From: Nemertoderma westbladi
Taxonomy: Eukaryota; Animalia; Xenacoelomorpha
NCBI GenBank assembly: GCA_032718475.1
Contig: JAUCBJ010006819.1
Span: 27,800-91,799 of the forward strand
Length of the DNA: 64,000 nucleotides
Direction: 5' to 3'
The notes beneath the pieces were generated by a model. The model had not been told where the DNA came from, searched no databases, and worked only from the letters and a program-made list of their open reading frames with translations. Shown here in pieces: positions 36,926-49,794 of this stretch. Within the stretch, counting starts at the first letter, position 1, and the number at the start of each line of letters is the position of its first letter. A program made the translations under genes and the position numbers.

Positions 36926-39900
36926 TGATACATAAGGTCGGTCTTAGTGAATAAAATTATTGATACATTAGGTCGGTCTTAGTGAATAAAATTATTGATA
37001 CATAAGGTCGGTCTTAGTGAATACAATTATTGATACATAAGGTCGGTCTTAGTGAATACAATTATTGATACATAAGGTCGGTCTTAGTGAATAAAATTAT
37101 TGATACATAAGGTCGGTCTTAGTGAATACAATTATTGATACATAAGGTCGGTCTTAGTGAATACAATTATTGATACATAAGGTCGGTCTTAGTGAATACA
37201 ATTATTGATACATAAGGTCGGTCTTAGTGAGTAAAATTATTGATACATAAGGTCGGTCTTAGTGAATAAAATTATTGATACATAAGGTCGGTCTTAGTCA
37301 ATAAAATTATTGATGCATAAGGTCGGTCTTAGTGAATAAAATTATTGATACATAAGGTCGGTCTTAGTCAATAAAATTATTGATACATAAGGTCGGTCTT
37401 AGTGAATAAAATTATTGATACATAAGGTCGGTCTTAGTGAATAAAATTATTGATACATAAGGTCGGTCTTAGTGAATAAAATTATTGATACATAAGGTCG
37501 GTCTTAGTGAATAAAATTATTGATACATAAGGTCGGTCTTAGTGAATAAAATTATTGATACATAAGGTCGGTCTTAGTGAATACAATTATTGATACATAA
37601 GGTCGGTCTTAGTCAATAAAATTATTGATACATAAGGTCGGTCTTAGTGAATAAAATTATTGATACATAAGGTCGGTCTTAGTGAATAAAATTATTGATA
37701 CATAAGGTCGGTCTTAGTGAATAAAATTATTGATACATAAGGTCGGTCTTAGTCAATAAAATTATTGATACATAAGGTCGGTCTTAGTGAATAAAATTAT
37801 TGATACATAAGGTCGGTCTTAGTGAATACAATTATTGATATATAAGGTCGGTCTTAGTGAATAAAATTATTGAAACATAAGGTCGGTCTTAGTGAATACA
37901 ATTATTGATACATAAGGTCGGTCTTAGTGAATACAATTATTGATACATAAGGTCGGTCTTAGTGAATAAAATTATTGATACATAAGGTCGGTCTTAGTGA
38001 ATAAAATTATTGATACATAAGGTCGGTCTTAGTCAATAAAATTATTGATACATAAGGTCGGTCTTAGTTAATAAAATTATTGATACATAAGGTCGGTCTT
38101 AGTGAATACAATTATTGATATATAAGGTCGGTCTTAGTGAATAAAATTATTGATACATAAGGTCGGTCTTAGTGAATAAAATTATTGATACATAAGGTCG
38201 GTCTTAGTGAATAAAATTATTGATACATAAGGTCGGTCTTAGTGAATACAATTATTGATACATAAGGTCGGTCTTAGTCAATAAAATTATTGATACATAA
38301 GGTCGGTCTTAGTGAATAAAATTATTGATACATAAGGTCGGTCTTAGTCAATAAAATTATTGATACATAAGGTCGGTCTTAGTGAATAAAATTATTGATA
38401 CATAAGGTCGGTCTTAGTGAATACAATTATTGATATATAAGGTCGGTCTTAGTGAATAAAATTATTGATACATAAGGTCGGTCTTAGTGAATAAAATTAT
38501 TGATACATAAGGTCGGTCTTAGTGAATACAATTATTGATACATAAGGTCGGTCTTAGTGAATACAATTATTGATACATAAGGTCGGTCTTAGTCAATAAA
38601 ATTATTGATACATAAGGTCGGTCTTAGTGAATAAAATTATTGATACATAAGGTCGGTCTTAGTCAATAAAATTATTGATACATAAAGTCGGTCTTAGTGA
38701 ATAAAATTATTGATACATAAGGTCGGTCTTAGTGAATACAATTATTGATATATAAGGTCGGTCTTAGTGAATAAAATTATTGATACATAAGGTCGGTCTT
38801 AGTGAATAAAATTATTGATACATAAGGTCGGTCTTAGTGAATAAAATTATTGATACATAAGGTCGGTCTTAGTGAATAAAATTATTGATACATAAGGTCG
38901 GTCTTAGTGAATAAAATTATTGATACATAAGGTCGGTCTTAGTGAATACAATTATTGATACATAAGGTCGGTCTTAGTCAATAAAATTATTGATACATAA
39001 GGTCGGTCTTAGTGAATACAATTATTGATACATAAGGTCGGTCTTAGTGAATAAAATTATTGATACATAAGGTCGGTCTTAGTGAATACAATTATTGATA
39101 CATAAGGTCGGTCTTAGTCAATAAAATTATTGATACATAAGGTCGGTCTTAGTCAATAAAATTATTGATACATAAGGTCGGTCTTAGTGAATAAAATTAT
39201 TGATACATAAGGTCGGTCTTAGTGAATACAATTATTGATACATAAGGTCGGTCTTAGTGAATAAAATTATTGATACATAAGGTCGGTCTTAGTGAATAAA
39301 ATTATTGATACATAAGGTCGGTCTTAGTGAATAAAATTATTGATACATAAGGTCGGTCTTAGTGAATAAAATTATTGATACATAAGGTCGGTCTTAGTGA
39401 TTACAATTATTGATACATAAGGTCGGTCTTAGTGAATAAAATTATTGATACATAAGGTCGGTCTTAGTGAATACAATTATTGATACATAAGGTCGGTCTT
39501 AGTCAATAAAATTATTGATACATAAGGTCGGTCTTAGTGAATAAAATTATTGATACATAAGGTCGGTCTTAGTGAATAAAATTATTGATACATAAGGTCG
39601 GTCTTAGTGAATACAATTATTGATACATAAGGTCGGTCTTAGTGAATAAAATTATTGATACATAAGGTCGGTCTTAGTGAATACAATTATTGATACATAA
39701 GGTCGGTCTTAGTGAATAAAATTATTGATACATAAGGTCGGTCTTAGTGAATACAATTATTGATACATAAGGTCGGTCTTAGTGAATATAATTATTGATA
39801 CATAAGGTCGGTCTTAGTGAATAAAATTATTGATACATAAGGTCGGTCTTAGTGAATAAAATTATTGATACATAAGGTCGGTCTTAGTGAATACAATTAT

Positions 39901-41232
39901 TGATACATAAGGTCGGTCTTAGTGAATAAAATTATTGATACATAAGGTCGGTCTTAGTGAATAAAATTATTGATACATAAGGTCGGTCTTAGTGAATAAA
40001 ATTATTGATACATAAGGTCGGTCTTAGTGAATAAAATTATTGATACATAAGGTCGGTCTTAGTGAATACAATTATTGATACATAAGGTCGGTCTTAGTGA
40101 ATAAAATTATTGATACATAAGGTCGGTCTTAGTGAATAAAATTATTGATACATAAGGTCGGTCTTAGTGAATAAAATTATTGATACATAAGGTCGGTCTT
40201 AGTGAATAAAATTATTGATACATAAGGTCGGTCTTAGTGAATACAATTATTGATACATAAGGTCGGTCTTAGTGAATACAATTATTGATACATAAGGTCG
40301 GTCTTAGTGAATACAATTATTGATACATAAGGTCGGTCTTAGTGAATATTATTATTGATACATAAGGTCGGTCTTAGTGAATAAAATTATTGATACATAA
40401 GGTCGGTCTTAGTGAATATTATTATTGATACATAAGGTCGGTCTTAGTGAATAAAATTATTGATACATAAGGTCGGTCTTAGTGAATATTATTATTGATA
40501 CATAAGGTCGGTCTTAGTGAATAAAATTATTGATACATAAGGTCGGTCTTAGTGAATATTATTATTGATACATAAGGTCGGTCTTAGTGAATAAAATTAT
40601 TGATACATAAGGTCGGTCTTAGTGAATACAATTATTGATACATAAGGTCGGTCTTAGTGAATAAAATTATTGATACATAAGGTCGGTCTTAGTGAATAAA
40701 ATTATTGATACATAAGGTCGGTCTTAGTGAATAAAATTATTGATACATAAGGTCGGTCTTAGTGAATACAATTATTGATACATAAGGTCGGTCTTAGTGA
40801 ATAAAATTATTGATACATAAGGTCGGTCTTAGTGAATACAATTATTGATACATAAGGTCGGTCTTAGTGAATAAAATTATTGATACATAAGGTCGGTCTT
40901 AGTGAATAAAATTATTGATACATAAGGTCGGTCTTAGTGAATAAAATTATTGATACATAAGGTCGGTCTTAGTGAATACAATTATTGATACATAAGGTCG
41001 GTCTTAGTGAATATTATTATTGATACATAAGGTCGGTCTTAGTGAATAAAATTATTGATACATAAGGTCGGTCTTAGTGAATAAAATTATTGATACATAA
41101 GGTCGGTCTTAGTGAATAAAATTATTGATACATAAGGTCGGTCTTAGTGAATAAAATTATTGATACATAAGGTCGGTCTTAGTGAATACAATTATTGATA
41201 CATAAGGTCGGTCTTAGTGAATATTATTATTG
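36926..41232. repeat. 35-bp satellite (tgatacataaggtcggtcttagtgaataaaattat) x ~123
   Basis: Highly homogeneous array of about 4.3 kb with recurrent variants (ataaa/ataca/atatt; gtga/gtca) and no unique spacers. Confidence 0.98.
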
Positions 41233-41965
41233 GCACTTTATTGTTTACAATATATATAAAGTTAAACATTAAAATACTCCAACACCCTGTTATGTTTAGA
41301 TGTAAAACTGATGTAAAGACTAGATGTAAAGCATGGTACAGTGTAATCATAATGCCCTAAATGTATACAGTTACCGTTCTGCCTTTACCTTTATATCCAG
41401 TATATTAATCGATTTATTGAAGAACTAATTCTTGTAAGATGAGTTGTGAGGGCCGGAAACCTGAACTTCCTGGCGCCGGTAGTCTCAATCTGAAGAATAA
41501 AAAATTCGGCGATGGAATTGTCGGATTATTCGCAATATGTCGGTCGCCTTGCCCTGTTTCAGCCTTGTGTACGCGGGTCTAGGGGCCGCCTCTATATGGG
41601 CTAAGTCAAACAGGTATGTGGTCGGTATACCAATCTGGGGTGGCTTGCACAGCATACATTCCCTGCTGTGTTGGGTAACGGGTTTCCTCACGATGGAAGA
41701 CAACATGCGCGATGGTGGCTACTTTCGTGTTGCGTTGGCCATCATATGTACCTTTTGTAGACCGGGATGTTGGGATTGTCTATAAAGCTGTCTAGTCGTC
41801 GATGCTGAATGACGGAATGATCACTGGTTGAGATACAGGTACTATTACAATTCCGTACACTCCGGAAGAATCCGGATTCTTCCGGATTTCGAGTGATACG
41901 ATGAATACCATAGCGACTACCACAACGATATTTTGTACCCTAGTGACCGTATGTTCGTTACCAGA

Positions 41966-43089
41966 TGGGTCATTGTGGACGCGGCTTGAATAGTGACCTA
42001 CCTCATTCTGGGTGGGTCATTGTGGACGCGGCCTGCGTTGTGACCAACCTCATTCTGGGTGTGTCATTGTGGACGCGGCCTGCGTAGTGGCCAACCTCAT
42101 TCTGGGTGTGTCATTGTGGACGCGGCCTGCGTTGTGGCCAACCTCATTCTGGGTGTGTCATTGTGGACGCGGCCTGCGTTGTGGCCAACCTCATTCTGGG
42201 TGAGTCATTGTGGACGCGGCCTGCGTAGTGACCAGCCTCATTCTGGGTGGGTCATTGTGGAGGCGGCCTGCGTAGTGACCAACCTCATTCAGGGTGGGTC
42301 ATTGTGGACGCGGCCTGCGTAGTGACCAACCTCATTCTGGGTGTGTCATTGTGGACGCGGCCTGCGTAGTGACCAACCTCATTCTGGGTGTGTCATTGTG
42401 GACGCAGCCTGCGTAGTGGCCAGCCTCATTCTGGGTGAGTCATTGTGGACGCGGCCTGCGTAGTGGCCAGCCTCATTCTGGGTGGGTCATTGTGGAGGCG
42501 GCCTGCGTAGTGACCAACCTCATTCAGGGTGGGTCATTGTGGACGCGGCCTGCGTAGTGACCAACCTCATTCTGGGTGTGTCATTGTGGACGCAGCCTGC
42601 GTAGTGACCAACCTCATTCTGGGTGGGTCATTGTGGACGCGGCCTGAGTAGTGGCCAACCTCATTCTGGGTGGGTCATTGTGGACGCAGCCTGCGTAGTG
42701 ACCAACCTCATTCTGGGTGGGTCATTGTGGACGCAGCCTGCGTAGTGACCAGCCTCATTCTGGGTGGGTCATTGTGGAGGCGGCCTGCGTAGTGACCAAC
42801 CTCATTCAGGGTGGGTCATTGTGGACGCGGCCTGCGTAGTGGCCAACCTCATTCTGGGTGGGTCATTGTGGACGCGGCCTGCGTAGTGACCAACCTCATT
42901 CTGGGTGTGTCATTGTGGACGCGGCCTGCGTAGTGACCAACCTCATTCTGGGTGAGTCATTGTGGACGCGGCCTGCGTAGTGACCAACCTCATTCTGGGT
43001 GGGTCATTGTGGACGCGGCCTGCGTAGTGGCCAGCCTCATTCTGGGTGGGTCATTGTGGACGCAGCCTGCGTAGTGACCAACCTCATTC
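41966..43089. repeat. 47-bp GC-rich minisatellite (gggtcattgtggacgcggcctgcgtagtgaccaacctcattctgggt) x ~24
   Basis: Direct inspection; period 47 (42014 to 42061). Confidence 0.96.
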
Positions 43090-44535
43090 GCCCCACGCCT
43101 GTAAACGTTGCCCCATCGCCTGCACCTCGCCCCTTGTCGTTGGAATGTAACCCCCTCCCTGTGCTGCTCCTTGCAGGCCCAGTGCTGCAGGTTGGTTGGC
43201 GTCGGTAAATCCTCGACCGAATGCACTTGTCGTAAAGGAATCGGCCCAGATGTGTACGAGGAATCCTACATTGTTATTCAACCAACCTAAACACTAAAAC
43301 CATAAATATACTGATATATAAAGCTAAACTACTGTAGTATATTAGCATGGAATACTAGACATAAACTCCATGATATTAGTCTTATTATATTTTATTATTT
43401 TATCTTTGTTGAATTACACAGCTCCAGTAGTGAATAACTAATGATTATAATAAATCCAAGCTTCTCTGAATGTCTACCCAACCGCAGTTTGTTGTCATGT
43501 CGTGTTTCTTGTGCTGCCAGACGGTTACGCTCTTATTTAATACTCTACTTTACGTAATTATTGTTACCTGCTGAGTATGGATTGGTTACAGTATTCAATG
43601 CAATTCGCCCAATATATTATATATTTATAGAAAATATTAATTTGAAAATATAAAAATAGATATCATTAAACCGATCGGGTCAGATCCGTAGGTAACATTA
43701 TAAAAACGCAACTATATTGCGGGAGGACAACAAATTATTTTCCGAACAGTTTTTAATTGAGTCAATAAATAAATTGTATTAGAACGGTGTTGAATTGTGA
43801 TTGACGTATTTCGTCTAGACAATAAATTGTTGGGGAGCCGATGGTGAAACTTTAATTTAGTGTTTTTAGATACCGATTGATTTATAATATTAACAGAGTT
43901 GATTAGTAATATTATAATATACTGCGATTGATCCTCCAGGCGCCAGGGTTTTCGAAAAAACGTTTTTTACATATCGCAAAATGTCATAAGATGTTAACCA
44001 GACTTACATATAACACTTATTGTGTCTTCTTGTTGTTATTTCTAATACCCATGGCTATTGTGGCTGTGGATCTGAATTTTACCAACATTTTATGTGTGTT
44101 TCCTGTTTGCCATAACATATATCACGAAATGTTATAACCTAAAATAATAATATAGTTGTTAATTTATCTAAAGGCCTATAAACAATCGTACACTGTGGCT
44201 TAAGCCCCATTCCTTGGTGGAGACATTGCAGCTCTCAGTTTGTAGACATTATTGTTTATATAAAAACGGGAATACCGATTAATTACTTTCGTACCCACCA
44301 CTTTTAATTATTTTTATTAAGTGCCTCGATCAGAGCTTAAAATTAAAGGCACACACCACCATGTTTCCGAATTATTATAACTTGAAAGCGCTCATTCACC
44401 CATAACACCAATAATAAATGTTTCCGAATAGCTTCCATAAAGTTGAAAGTACCTCGCTATGACAAATGGGTCATTATTTCGTCGATCCGTATTCTAGCCG
44501 AATTATTTTCCTTGAATAACCATCTATGCACCATA

Positions 44536-45320
44536 CTCACGTATGTTCAGCATACTTTCATTATAATATAGGATTCCTGATATAATTATTGCAGCAATCA
44601 GATCACTATACGATGGTTCGACGATATTTGTGTCTTCTGTTGACGGTGACACAGAACAATTTGAAGTGTTATGGGGCGTCCTCCAGGGAGACACACTTGC
44701 ACCATTCTTGTTCATAATTGTGGTTGACAATGTTCTACGCATGTTCTTAGACCATCTTAATGGCGATGGGGTGATGCACAACTATTACAATTTCTATATT
44801 ACTATTACAAGTTCTACAATTTAGAACTAAAAGACCCAGAAAAGGGCTATTTTGTACCTTTTTTATTCCAAAATGACTTGCATTGTTAGCGAAAGTTGTT
44901 TGATGTTTTATTGACAATGGTGACACATCTCCAACCAGACACTATATAACATTGGAGGTGTTTCATTGGTTCCCCCAAACTTACTTGAACAAAGCCGCCT
45001 CCTCTTTGCGGGACATTGCTTCCGCCGTGTCGACTAGCTTGTGCACAATCTTGTGCTTTGGCAGCCCCATGGAAAAAATAACAACCCATGAATTTTTTGA
45101 GACGCCTCTTAAAGGCCTTGAAGATGCGGATAATTTCGCGAAAGTCATGGGGGATATGGAGTTGTGGCGATGCAACTTTGTTGATAAGCCGGCATAGCAT
45201 TCTTAATGCACGCTGCCAATTGTGGATTGCATGTTGGTGGCAATAATAGTTTTGTTAAGCCGGCATAGCATCTCAATTTGCAGCTTCAATGTAGCAGGCC
45301 GATTATAGTAGTAATAGTAT
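44536..45320 (+). pseudogene. Internally deleted, degraded copy of the RTE-group LINE
   Basis: GVLQGDTLAPFLFIIVVD and VMGDMELWRCNFVDKPA fragments. Ends ccgattatagtagtaatag, like the 52 kb copy. Confidence 0.85.
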
Positions 45321-45559
45321 AGTTTCTATGTGTACGCAGAGCCCGAAGATTTTGGGTTTGTCCCAGCCATCTAAGAGATAGATAAACTTTGGGCCTGTGG
45401 CATAATAAGTTAGTCGCACAAGCTTGTTCTTAATCTTAATCCTACCCCGTATTGAATCGCTATCAAGGAAATTTTAAATTAGAGAAACTATTTCTAGATT
45501 CATCTGATCTAATCTAATTCGACTAATTGTGCGTGTAGACATAACAACTCCAATATTTG

Positions 45560-47177
45560 CGGTCTGGGGACGTTAGTGCCCGCGGGCACTAATGTCTCAG
45601 TACCTTTAGTGCCCGCTGTCACTTAGTCGTATTATCGCGGGCAGTAATGTCCCATAGGACGTTAGTGCCCGCGAGACGTTAGTGCCCGCGAGACATTAGT
45701 GTCCGCGAGACATTAGTGCCCGCGAGACATTAGTGCCCGCCTAGCGACTCAGTTAGTATATGTAATAAATACAACAGGCCAGGAAGACATTTCCCGCTTC
45801 TTAAGTTCCTGCTGATGCAAACGAGTCGTTACTTTCTTCAAACTTCAAATATAATTTCCAGTCTTTAATTCCCGCATCTCGTTATTTAACATTTTAATTT
45901 CAAGTTCGATCTTTTATGATTAAAAAATTTATCAACCGCAGCTAGACATGGTAGCATTTATATTATTTGGTTTTGCGGTAAAGTCTTCAACGAATGAGGA
46001 TTAAGCAACAGCGTTTGATTGTTTTTAAATACTCTACTATTGATTGAGTATGATTAATTTGTTTAACTTTACTGGAGACAGTGTGTAATGAAAAAAAAAC
46101 AAGGTGCTGCACTATACAGTATAATCGCCCGAGGACGCACTAACTCTGATATATTATAATGAATTAATGATTTCAAAAAAAATACTCAGTCGACTGTCTG
46201 ACATTTTTTAGACGAATTAAAAGTAAAGTAGTACTTTTAGTTAATTAAATTAGTAAATTAATTAAATTAGTGTAAGTTAATGGATGAGGACGTTGCCGAT
46301 GACTTTGGTTGAATGGGGTATAAGTAAGAAGAAAAACGGATAGCCTTATACTAACTTCCAAATTCAGTGCGGGCACTACTGCGGGCACTAACGTCTCACT
46401 TGCAGACAAGGTCCTCGGGCACTAACGTCTCACTTGCAGACAAGGTACTCGGGCACTAATGACTCGCGGGCACTAACGTCTCACTTGCAGACATGCTTTC
46501 CGGGCACTAATGACTCGCGGGCACTAACTTCTCACTTGCAGACAATATTCTCGGGCACTAACGTCTCACTTGCAGACATGGTTCCCGGGCACTAATGACT
46601 CGCGGGCACTAACGTCTCACTTGCACACAAGGTCCTCGGGCACTAACGTCTCACTTGCAGACATGCTTCCCGGGCACTAATGACTCGCGGGCACTAACGT
46701 CTCACTTGCACACAAGGTCCTCGGGCACTAACGTCTCACTTGCAGACATGCTTCCCGGGCACTAACGTCTCCCCGGGCACTAATGACTCTTCGGGCACTA
46801 ACGTCTCACTTACTGACAAGGTCCTCGGGCACTAACGTCTCACTTGCAGACATGCTTCCCGGGCACTAATGACTCGCGGGCACTAACGTCACACTTGTAC
46901 ACAAGGTCCTCGGGCACTAACGTCTCACTTGCAGACATGCTTCCCGGGCACTACCGTCTCACTTGCAGACATGGTTCCCGGGCACTAATGACTCGCGGGC
47001 ACTAACGTCTCACTTGCAGACAAGGTCCTCGGGCACTAACGTTTTACTTGCAGACAAGGTCCTCGGGCACTAATGACTCGCGGGCACTAAAGTCCTGAGA
47101 CCCATGGAAAGTTCCATGGCACATTAGTGCCCGCGATAATACGACTAAATGTCCGCGGGCACTTATGTCACCCAATC
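45560..47177. mobile_element. Non-autonomous TIR element with asymmetric arrays of cgggcactaa subrepeats
   Basis: Left arm ttagtgcccgcg repeats are inverted relative to right arm cgggcactaacgtctcacttgcagac repeats. ttagtcgtattatcgcgggca (~45623) pairs with tgcccgcgataatacgactaa (~47128). No TSD resolved. Confidence 0.75.
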
Positions 47178-48017
47178 GTCGCAAGACCTCATCAATAGCA
47201 CAATATAATGCGCTGGTTGACGTTGACAGACAACCAGCTACATTGTGCTACCTTCCTGTCAGCTGATAAACAAAAGAGATTGAACCAAATCAAAACGGTT
47301 TTACTGTATCTCATGTAAGTTTTCACCAAGTCAGAATAGATTTCACCAACAATTCCCAGCAAGTACAACTGACAATCACAATACTCATAATTGAGTTTTA
47401 TAAATTTGAGATGGAGTTTTAGAAAAATCCCCACCAGTTTAAGGGTTAGGTAAATAAATTAAAAATAAAATCAATTCAGCAAGGAAAGTTTATATTATAA
47501 TAATATAAAAAATCTTTACTACCCGTAATTAACGTGTTATTTTTTGGGCATTTTAACAAGGTAAATGCAGAACTCAGTATCTACAAAGTATACAAGCAGT
47601 AGGGCGGGCCTACCCTAAAATGTGATTCCGATCTCTTTTGGGTTTTATTCTAGATTGACTCGACTAAATAGGTAATCAAAAATACAAAAAGGCAGCTGCT
47701 TTGCACTTAATACAGAAAATAATTAATAGATGAAAAAACAATTAACGACAAACAGGTTAACCATTAAACAAAGTTTAATACATAGGGTCTAACACCAATA
47801 AATAGTTCGTTATAATGTTAAAATAGCTATTACGGGAATAACAACCGAACTGCATATAGGGAGAGAGGGCCTAATTATTATTATTTACCAACTATCGCTT
47901 AATATTTATATGATTATACTGAACTATTGTTTGTGAATTACAACAATATACTGAACTATATGCAGGTAGTAGAGCAGTATGTCCTGCTTAGATATTATTA
48001 TATACCGCTAAGCATTA

Positions 48018-48791
48018 AGGGGGGGGGGGGGGGGGGGGGGGGCTTTACCTTTTTTAGGATAAAAAATGCAAAAACCTTATTTTAGTCGATTTTTGTGCAG
48101 AATGATATGGCGAATCCGAATATGTAAGTTATGTTGTAAGTTGGAGATATGGCGATTTCACTATGGAATGTTTCCATAAAAATATAATTAACATTATTTT
48201 CCCCAAAAAATGTGTTAAACAGACAGACTAGATTTTGCCGAACATCAAAACTGACACCGGAAATGAAATGAGCGACATAGAAAACCCCCAAAGCAAACTT
48301 TTAGATATTTCGCGTGTTTTATTATATTTTGGCGGACAAACCAACAGACAGACAGACATCTCTACAGACAGCCAGGTTTAAACTTTTAACGCATTTTACT
48401 CAGAATATTTTTTCTCGTTTTTTGCAATATTAAAGAATATTGAAATTTTCAGTGTAGGTTATGTTGTGGGGTTATTGTTTAGGATAATGTTAAAAAATAT
48501 CGGCCCGAAATAAAGTACATGTTATTTTTTAGTTTATATTACACTTCTAATCAAAATTTGAAAAATCTGTCTACAAGTTTTATTGGTCAATATGTCAAGA
48601 CCATTCACTGAAAATTTCAAACAAATTGATTGAAAAATGACGGGAGTAGGTAGGTTTTGAAAGATGCAACCCTTTTTTTCAGAAAAATCTGTATAAAATT
48701 GGCATAATTTCAATGCCTATATACAAACAAAATTCTTGCAATCCTACAAAAACTGGAGCTGTCTCCAAAAAGGTCAAGCCCCCCCCCCCCC
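48018..48791. mobile_element. MITE-like element bounded by G-tract/C-tract inverted repeats
   Basis: (G)n-ctttaccttttttagga at the left and tccaaaaaggtcaag-(C)n at the right. TTAA is present on the left only. Confidence 0.55.
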
Positions 48792-48871
48792 ATTGTTTAG
48801 TGTAGAAAAAGTATATAGACTTGCAGTCCGAATTTATCAACCATTCTGTCTATATATAGGAGCAAATGACA

Positions 48872-49186
48872 TCACTGGCGAGCGATTCCAGCCAATCCCA
48901 GCTCGCGATGAGACTGATTGATGACGCATGGGCCGCAACAAAGAGTGGCCAGAAGATCACCAATACAACTCCCATCTATGCCCTTCTGACTGCGCACTTT
49001 TCCTCTGACAGATGTGACGGCAATGATATCCAGGATGGGCACAAACAAAGCGAGACCGCATAAACAACAGGAATCCCCCACCGCCTCCGCGTTCTTACCG
49101 TGAATATAACATGGAAGGAAGTAAGTGAGCAGGCAGGCCATACAGTTGTCGAAACATCCACACAAACTAGCGCTCCACTCACCCAT
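48872..49186 (-). CDS. PLAC8-family (cornifelin/PCR-like) cysteine-rich protein, 104 aa, intronless
   Basis: WSASLCGCFDNC...LPCY..G.NAE...CCLC...RGKVR...GIDGSC.GD.L..LCC.PC...Q..RE is the PLAC8 consensus pattern. Confidence 0.9.
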   Translation of the reverse strand: MGEWSASLCGCFDNCMACLLTYFLPCYIHGKNAEAVGDSCCLCGLALFVPILDIIAVTSVRGKVRSQKGIDGSCIGDLLATLCCGPCVINQSHRELGLAGIARQ

Positions 49187-49794
49187 AATGATTCGAATTT
49201 ATTAATCGAAAAATAAACAAAAATAGTATCACAATGTTACCTGGAATATCTAAACGAGGGAGTTAATATTATCTGCTCTATAAACTTTATAATGTCGTCT
49301 ACGGCTCAATACATAATATTATATATTCCTTATGGTGTGGTAGACTCCGGAAGTAAGTTATTGGCAACCAATCATTTGCGACACACAGCCGATTGAATAT
49401 AAGATAGACATAATAAAATTGACTTTGAAGTATGCTTGTTATACTCCCATTAATCGACATTGAATGAGACTTTGTATTATATTGCCAACTCGTCAAATAA
49501 AAAAGCCTTAGAGTAAATTACATTTCAATTCATTCCTCGTATTGATGAATGCAGAAAGTGAGTAAACAATAAGAAGTAGGAGTGCCCCTTAAGATATCCG
49601 ATTTCGCGGTCGTTTAAAGATTAGTTTAAATTGGACTGGTCGCACAATGAACAAATGCTTGGCGAAGAATTAATTGATTGATTATAAGACGCCGTAAAGA
49701 AAGTGAATCTTTGAAATTGAAATATGAATCAAAAGAATAAATTTTTTGTAAATAATAAGGAATTCGTATTCAATGCGCCCTTGTTTTAAATAAT

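Noticed and set aside
36926-41232. 35-bp array as a CRISPR locus
   Set aside because: Head-to-tail units with no unique spacers, no cas genes and a eukaryotic context. The same applies to the 30, 32 and 47-bp arrays.
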